Source of the DNA: a bacterium
Lineage (GTDB): Bacteria; Fidelibacterota; Fidelibacteria; Fidelibacterales; Fidelibacteraceae
DNA: 64,000 nucleotides
Assembly: GCA_963676395.1 (NCBI GenBank)
Contig: OY781066.1
Location: forward strand, 1,568,001-1,632,000
Direction of reading: 5' to 3'
The notes below the pieces were generated by a model, which saw only the letters and a list, made by a program, of their open reading frames with translations, made no database searches and was not told the DNA's origin. Of the stretch, positions 59,984-64,000 are shown one piece after another. The translations under genes were made by a program, and so were the position numbers. Position 1 is the first letter of the stretch. Every line of letters begins with the position of its first letter.

Positions 59984-61798
59984 TCAGTTATTATATAATT
60001 TTTTGATCTCTTGACTATATTGATTGATGATCACGTTTCGTTTGATCTTTAAACTTGCGGTCAGCTCACCTGTTTCAATGGTGAAGGGATGTGAAGCAAT
60101 ATGGAAATACTTAACCTGTTCATAGCGGGCAAGATCCTCTTGGTGTTTATCGAGTTCTTTCTGGAGCAGTTCTTTTACTTCTTGATATACCAACAGATCT
60201 TTGTATTCTTTAATTTTTAACTCGGGTGCCTCTTTTTTTGCCCATTTTTGTATTATCTCAAGTGAAGGCACGACAATGGCAACCAGGTATTTCCGCCTGT
60301 CACCGATCACAACAGCCTGTTCAATATATTTCGAAGAACAAATTTCTTTTTCGACGCCTGCCGGAGCGATGTTTTTTCCACCTGCCGTCACGATGAGATT
60401 TTTCTTTCGATCTGTGATCTTTAAAAAACCTTCCTGATCTATAAAACCGATATCACCGGTATGGAACCAACCATCTTGATCGATAGCTTTTTCGGTTTCT
60501 TCGGGATTGTTGTAGTAGCCTTTGGTCATATTGGGACCCTTCATCAGGATCTCACCATCATCGGTGATCTTGGTTTTTACATCGGGGTAAGCATGGCCGA
60601 CATAGCCAAATTTGATGTTATTCAAGGGGACACCGTGTGAGATGGGGCTCATTTCTGTCAGACCGTATCCTTCCTGAATTTGGATTCCCGCCATAAGGAA
60701 GAACTCACCGATCTCTGGTGCTAGGGGAGCTCCTCCGCATATACAACGACTGAATTCACCTCCAAAGATATCGGCAACTTTATTAAATACCAGTTTCTTT
60801 GCCATTGAAAATTTTATTGCCAGAGGTCCCAGAGGTTTATTGTTATATCTCAGGTATTTTTGTACCACGCGTTGACCGATATGCTGTGCCCAATTGAAAA
60901 TTTCCTGTTTGGCTTTTGGTCCGGCAAGAATGTTTTCGATCACGCCTGTATACACTTTTTCAAGAAGTCTGGGGACAGTTGTCATATAATGCGGTTTTAC
61001 TTCTTTTAGGTTATCCGGGACTTTTACAATGCTTTCTGCAAAGTAAAACTCAGCCCCGACCCAAGCCGCATATAGCGAACAATGTCTTTCAAAGCTATGT
61101 GATAAAGGCAAGAATGATAACCAACGTTTATGGTGCTTGAATTTTGTAAAATTTTCTGTTTGTTGGATATTAACTGCCATATTAAACTGAGAGATCATTA
61201 CACCTTTAGGATCACCGGATGTACCTGAAGTATAAATAATACTCCATAAATCGTCCGGCTTGATCTTGGCTGTGATTTCTTTCATTTTTACTTCGGAATG
61301 CAATTCATGGGAGCGCCCCAGCTCTTTCAATTCATCATAGTTCATAACCCAGCTTTCATCATAGTTTTTATTGTCAAGCATGACAACATATTTTAGATGC
61401 TTAAGCTTGTCTTTGATACTTACGATCTTGGTGAGTTGATCTCTGGTGCTGACGACAGCAACTTTAGCTTCAGAGTGATTGAGAATAAATTGTATTTGTT
61501 TTGGAATTGAGGTTTGGTATATAGGAACGGATACAAAATTAAAGTGGGAGCAAGTCCAATCAAAAAAACACCATTCGGGTGAATTTTCTGAGAGGATGGC
61601 TACCTTATCTTGTTTTTTTACACCAAGCGCCATCAGCCCAAAACCTAAGGAAGACAGCACATTCCAGAGATCCATATTGCTATGGCTTCTCCACTCACCG
61701 TCTTTTTTATAAAAATAAAGTTTACGATGTGCGTTTTTACTCAATGCATCAGCAAGAATACCGGGCATTGTTTTTATATAATCAATCGAATATCTGAT
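59984..61798 (-). CDS. Long-chain fatty acyl-CoA synthetase (copy 2; inferred ATC start)
   Basis: Same motifs; N-terminus IRYSIDYIKTMP after CACAGGAG-N6. Confidence 0.9.
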   Translation of the reverse strand: MRYSIDYIKTMPGILADALSKNAHRKLYFYKKDGEWRSHSNMDLWNVLSSLGFGLMALGVKKQDKVAILSENSPEWCFFDWTCSHFNFVSVPIYQTSIPKQIQFILNHSEAKVAVVSTRDQLTKIVSIKDKLKHLKYVVMLDNKNYDESWVMNYDELKELGRSHELHSEVKMKEITAKIKPDDLWSIIYTSGTSGDPKGVMISQFNMAVNIQQTENFTKFKHHKRWLSFLPLSHSFERHCSLYAAWVGAEFYFAESIVKVPDNLKEVKPHYMTTVPRLLEKVYTGVIENILAGPKAKQEIFNWAQHIGQRVVQKYLRYNNKPLGPLAIKFSMAKKLVFNKVADIFGGEFSRCICGGAPLAPEIGEFFLMAGIQIQEGYGLTEMSPISHGVPLNNIKFGYVGHAYPDVKTKITDDGEILMKGPNMTKGYYNNPEETEKAIDQDGWFHTGDIGFIDQEGFLKITDRKKNLIVTAGGKNIAPAGVEKEICSSKYIEQAVVIGDRRKYLVAIVVPSLEIIQKWAKKEAPELKIKEYKDLLVYQEVKELLQKELDKHQEDLARYEQVKYFHIASHPFTIETGELTASLKIKRNVIINQYSQEIKKLYNN

Positions 61799-61822
61799 TC
61801 TAAGCTCCTGTGCGTTCGCTTA

Positions 61823-63640
61823 TCATTTTTCGTACATTTTGTCAATATCGTCTTTGTATTTTTCAAGAACGACATTGCGTTTTAGCTTTAAGCTTGCAGT
61901 GAGTTCTCCACCTTCGATTGTGAATGGTTGAGGGGCGATAAAGAAGTATTTGATCTGTTCGTAACGAGCGAGATCCTGCTGATGAGCGTCAAGTTCATCT
62001 TTAAGAAGATTTTTAACAATAACTGAATTTGCAACATCTTCATAGTTCTTGAATTCGATAGGTGGATCCTGCATTTTACCCCATTTAATAAACATATCAA
62101 CGGCAGGAACGATAATTGTAGTAAGGTACTTGCGTCTGTCACCCAGAACAAGAGCCGATTCAACGAATTTAGAAGCGGAAATTTCTCTTTCAACCGCTGC
62201 CGGAGCGATATTTTTACCACCGGCGGTTACGATAAGGTTTTTCTTTCTGTCGGTGATCTTTAAATAACCATCTTCATCAACAAAGCCGATATCACCGGTA
62301 TGGAACCAACCATCTTGATCGATAGCTTCGGCAGTTTCTTCGGGATTCTTATAATATTTTTCCATACGATTCGGGCCTTTGAGCAGAATTTCACCATCTT
62401 CGGCGATACGTGTTTCAACATCGGGAAGTGCTGGGCCGACCGTACCCCATTTTGTTTCAAGATGAGGTGGGTTTACGTGAGTGACGGGTGACATTTCCGT
62501 TAAGCCGTAGCCCTCAATAATATCAATACCGGCAGCTGTGAAGAATTCACCGACTTCTGCAGATAAGGGAGCACCGCCGCTGACGCATTGGATGAATTCT
62601 CCACCAAAAACACCTGCGATTTTTTTAAATACCAGTGCTTTTGAAATTGAATAGCGAAGAGCGACCAAACCTTTTGGCTTTAGGTTTTTTGAAAGGAATT
62701 TTGATACGACCTCATGAGCGGTACGTTGCGCTTGAGCAAAAATGTTTTGTTTAATGTGAGAGCCTAACGCAATTTGTTCTTGTACGCCGGCATATACTTT
62801 TTCAAGCAGGCGCGGTACGGTGGTCATGTATTGAGGTTTTACCTCTTTTAAATTCTCGGCTACTTTGGCAATACTTTCAGCAAAAAATATTTCGCCACCA
62901 ATCCATGTTGTAAATAAAGATGTTACGCGTTCAAAAGAATGCGACAAAGGTAAGAAGGATAGCCAGCGTTTATTGGGTTTAAATCCAATACCGCCTTGTG
63001 ATTGCTGAACATTTGCTGCCATATTGAACTGTGAAATCATAACACCCTTCGGGTCGCCAGAAGTACCTGAAGTATAAATGATAGAAAATAAATCTTCGGG
63101 TTTGATTTCTTTTATGATTTTTGTAAGAGTGGTCTTTGATGAAGCTTTCTTTTCTTCGCCTTTGGCGAGAAGTTCATCCCAGGTGATGATCCAATCTTCT
63201 TTGAGATCAGTTTTGTCTAACATGACCATGTATTTAAGGTCTTTAAGATTATCTTTGATCTCAATCACTTTTTCAGCTTGAGCTTTGCTGGAAGCGATCA
63301 CAACCTTTGATTCCGAGTGATTTAAGATATAATCAACCTGTTTGGGGATCGAGGTCATGTAAACAGGTACCGAAACAAAACCGAAGTGTGAACATGTCCA
63401 GTCGGTAATGTTCCATTCAGGTCGGTTTTCGGAGAGTATCGCGACTTTATCGCCTTTTTTCAATCCAAGTGCATGCAAACCGAAACCGGCTTTTTCTAGC
63501 GTGTTGTAAACGTCTTGGTAAGTGTAACTGATCCATGTATCATCCTTCTTGACATTAAGAAGTTTGCGATCTGTGCCACCCGTCATAGCGTCGGCAAAGA
63601 TAGCAGGCATGGTTTGGATATAATCCATTTGATAGTTCAT
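61823..63640 (-). CDS. Long-chain fatty acyl-CoA synthetase (copy 1)
   Basis: MNYQMDYIQTMP after CACAGGAG-N6-ATG; YTSGTSGDPKG, GYGLTEMSP, GWFHTGDIG. Confidence 0.92.
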   Translation of the reverse strand: MNYQMDYIQTMPAIFADAMTGGTDRKLLNVKKDDTWISYTYQDVYNTLEKAGFGLHALGLKKGDKVAILSENRPEWNITDWTCSHFGFVSVPVYMTSIPKQVDYILNHSESKVVIASSKAQAEKVIEIKDNLKDLKYMVMLDKTDLKEDWIITWDELLAKGEEKKASSKTTLTKIIKEIKPEDLFSIIYTSGTSGDPKGVMISQFNMAANVQQSQGGIGFKPNKRWLSFLPLSHSFERVTSLFTTWIGGEIFFAESIAKVAENLKEVKPQYMTTVPRLLEKVYAGVQEQIALGSHIKQNIFAQAQRTAHEVVSKFLSKNLKPKGLVALRYSISKALVFKKIAGVFGGEFIQCVSGGAPLSAEVGEFFTAAGIDIIEGYGLTEMSPVTHVNPPHLETKWGTVGPALPDVETRIAEDGEILLKGPNRMEKYYKNPEETAEAIDQDGWFHTGDIGFVDEDGYLKITDRKKNLIVTAGGKNIAPAAVEREISASKFVESALVLGDRRKYLTTIIVPAVDMFIKWGKMQDPPIEFKNYEDVANSVIVKNLLKDELDAHQQDLARYEQIKYFFIAPQPFTIEGGELTASLKLKRNVVLEKYKDDIDKMYEK

Positions 63641-63934
63641 GTGTGCCTCCTGTGTGTGTAGCCTGTTAAAGTATAAATTTCAAAAGAAAATGCAAAGGAA
63701 AAACAAGAGTGTGAGATACAAGACCTCGGATATGATACTTAAGGAGTTGGTGGCTTAGTTGTCGGTAAATAGTAGAAATTATATTCATCTTATATCTCTA
63801 GGGTAGCTCAAAGATTGTTTGACTGTGTACATCAATATTCTAAATTTTGGGGTCTTTTGTCAAAGGGATACTAAACTGAAAAAAGAGTATTAGTATGTCG
63901 AAATAATAAAAAAGTAAAAAATGAGATAAAATTA

Positions 63935-63963
63935 TTGACTAATTATCCTTAATGATGTATAAT
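63935..63963 (+). promoter_or_regulatory. sigma70-type promoter for the tRNA
   Basis: TTGACT-17 nt-TATAAT with A-rich UP-like tract upstream. Confidence 0.8.
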
Positions 63964-63980
63964 TACGGGCTTTGATAATT

Positions 63981-64000
63981 GGGGCTGTAGTTCAACTGGT
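63981..64000 (+). tRNA. 5' end of a tRNA (truncated by window edge; isotype not visible, Asp-like start)
   Basis: GGGGCTG-TA-GTTC-AACTGGT fits acceptor 5' strand, U8 A9, D-stem and D-loop GG; strong promoter just upstream. Confidence 0.75.

Noticed and set aside
58118..63660. CACAGGAG leaders as CsrA/RsmA sites
   Set aside because: Fully explained by duplication of a Shine-Dalgarno leader; no hairpin context or csrA evidence in the window

Overview
Bacterial chromosomal window. The host is probably a non-Bacteroidota member of the FCB superphylum (Marinimicrobia-like). This is inferred from T9SS/FlgD-type C-terminal sorting domains co-occurring with strong Shine-Dalgarno sites and a near-consensus sigma70 promoter. 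Housekeeping blocks are gyrB-gyrA-yggS-(PNP-like fragment)-ssb...mgtE, HU, rpmE-DUF1385-prfA-prmC-tadA and nth. The window also holds metabolic genes (PEPCK, aminotransferase, short asparaginase, D-aminoacylase, SDR/TetR), five tandem long-chain acyl-CoA synthetases and the first 20 nt of a tRNA at the right edge. Four observations stand out. (1) An 11-kb six-gene operon (23086-33999, minus strand) encodes two lamin-tail/OB-fold surface proteins, a PorV-like barrel, a helix-hairpin-helix + beta-barrel protein, a second barrel and a 5'-nucleotidase; it is a candidate extracellular nucleic-acid capture/uptake system. (2) ATC appears to be used repeatedly as a start codon (three acyl-CoA synthetases and one secreted protein). 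(3) A pair of papain-fold (NlpC/P60-like) proteins is present, one carrying a sorting-type domain near its N-terminus. (4) A perfect (CTACTCA)14 repeat and twin 24-bp operators lie around a TetR gene. No CRISPR array, transposase or integrase was seen. All family calls come from motif recognition by eye, not database searches.
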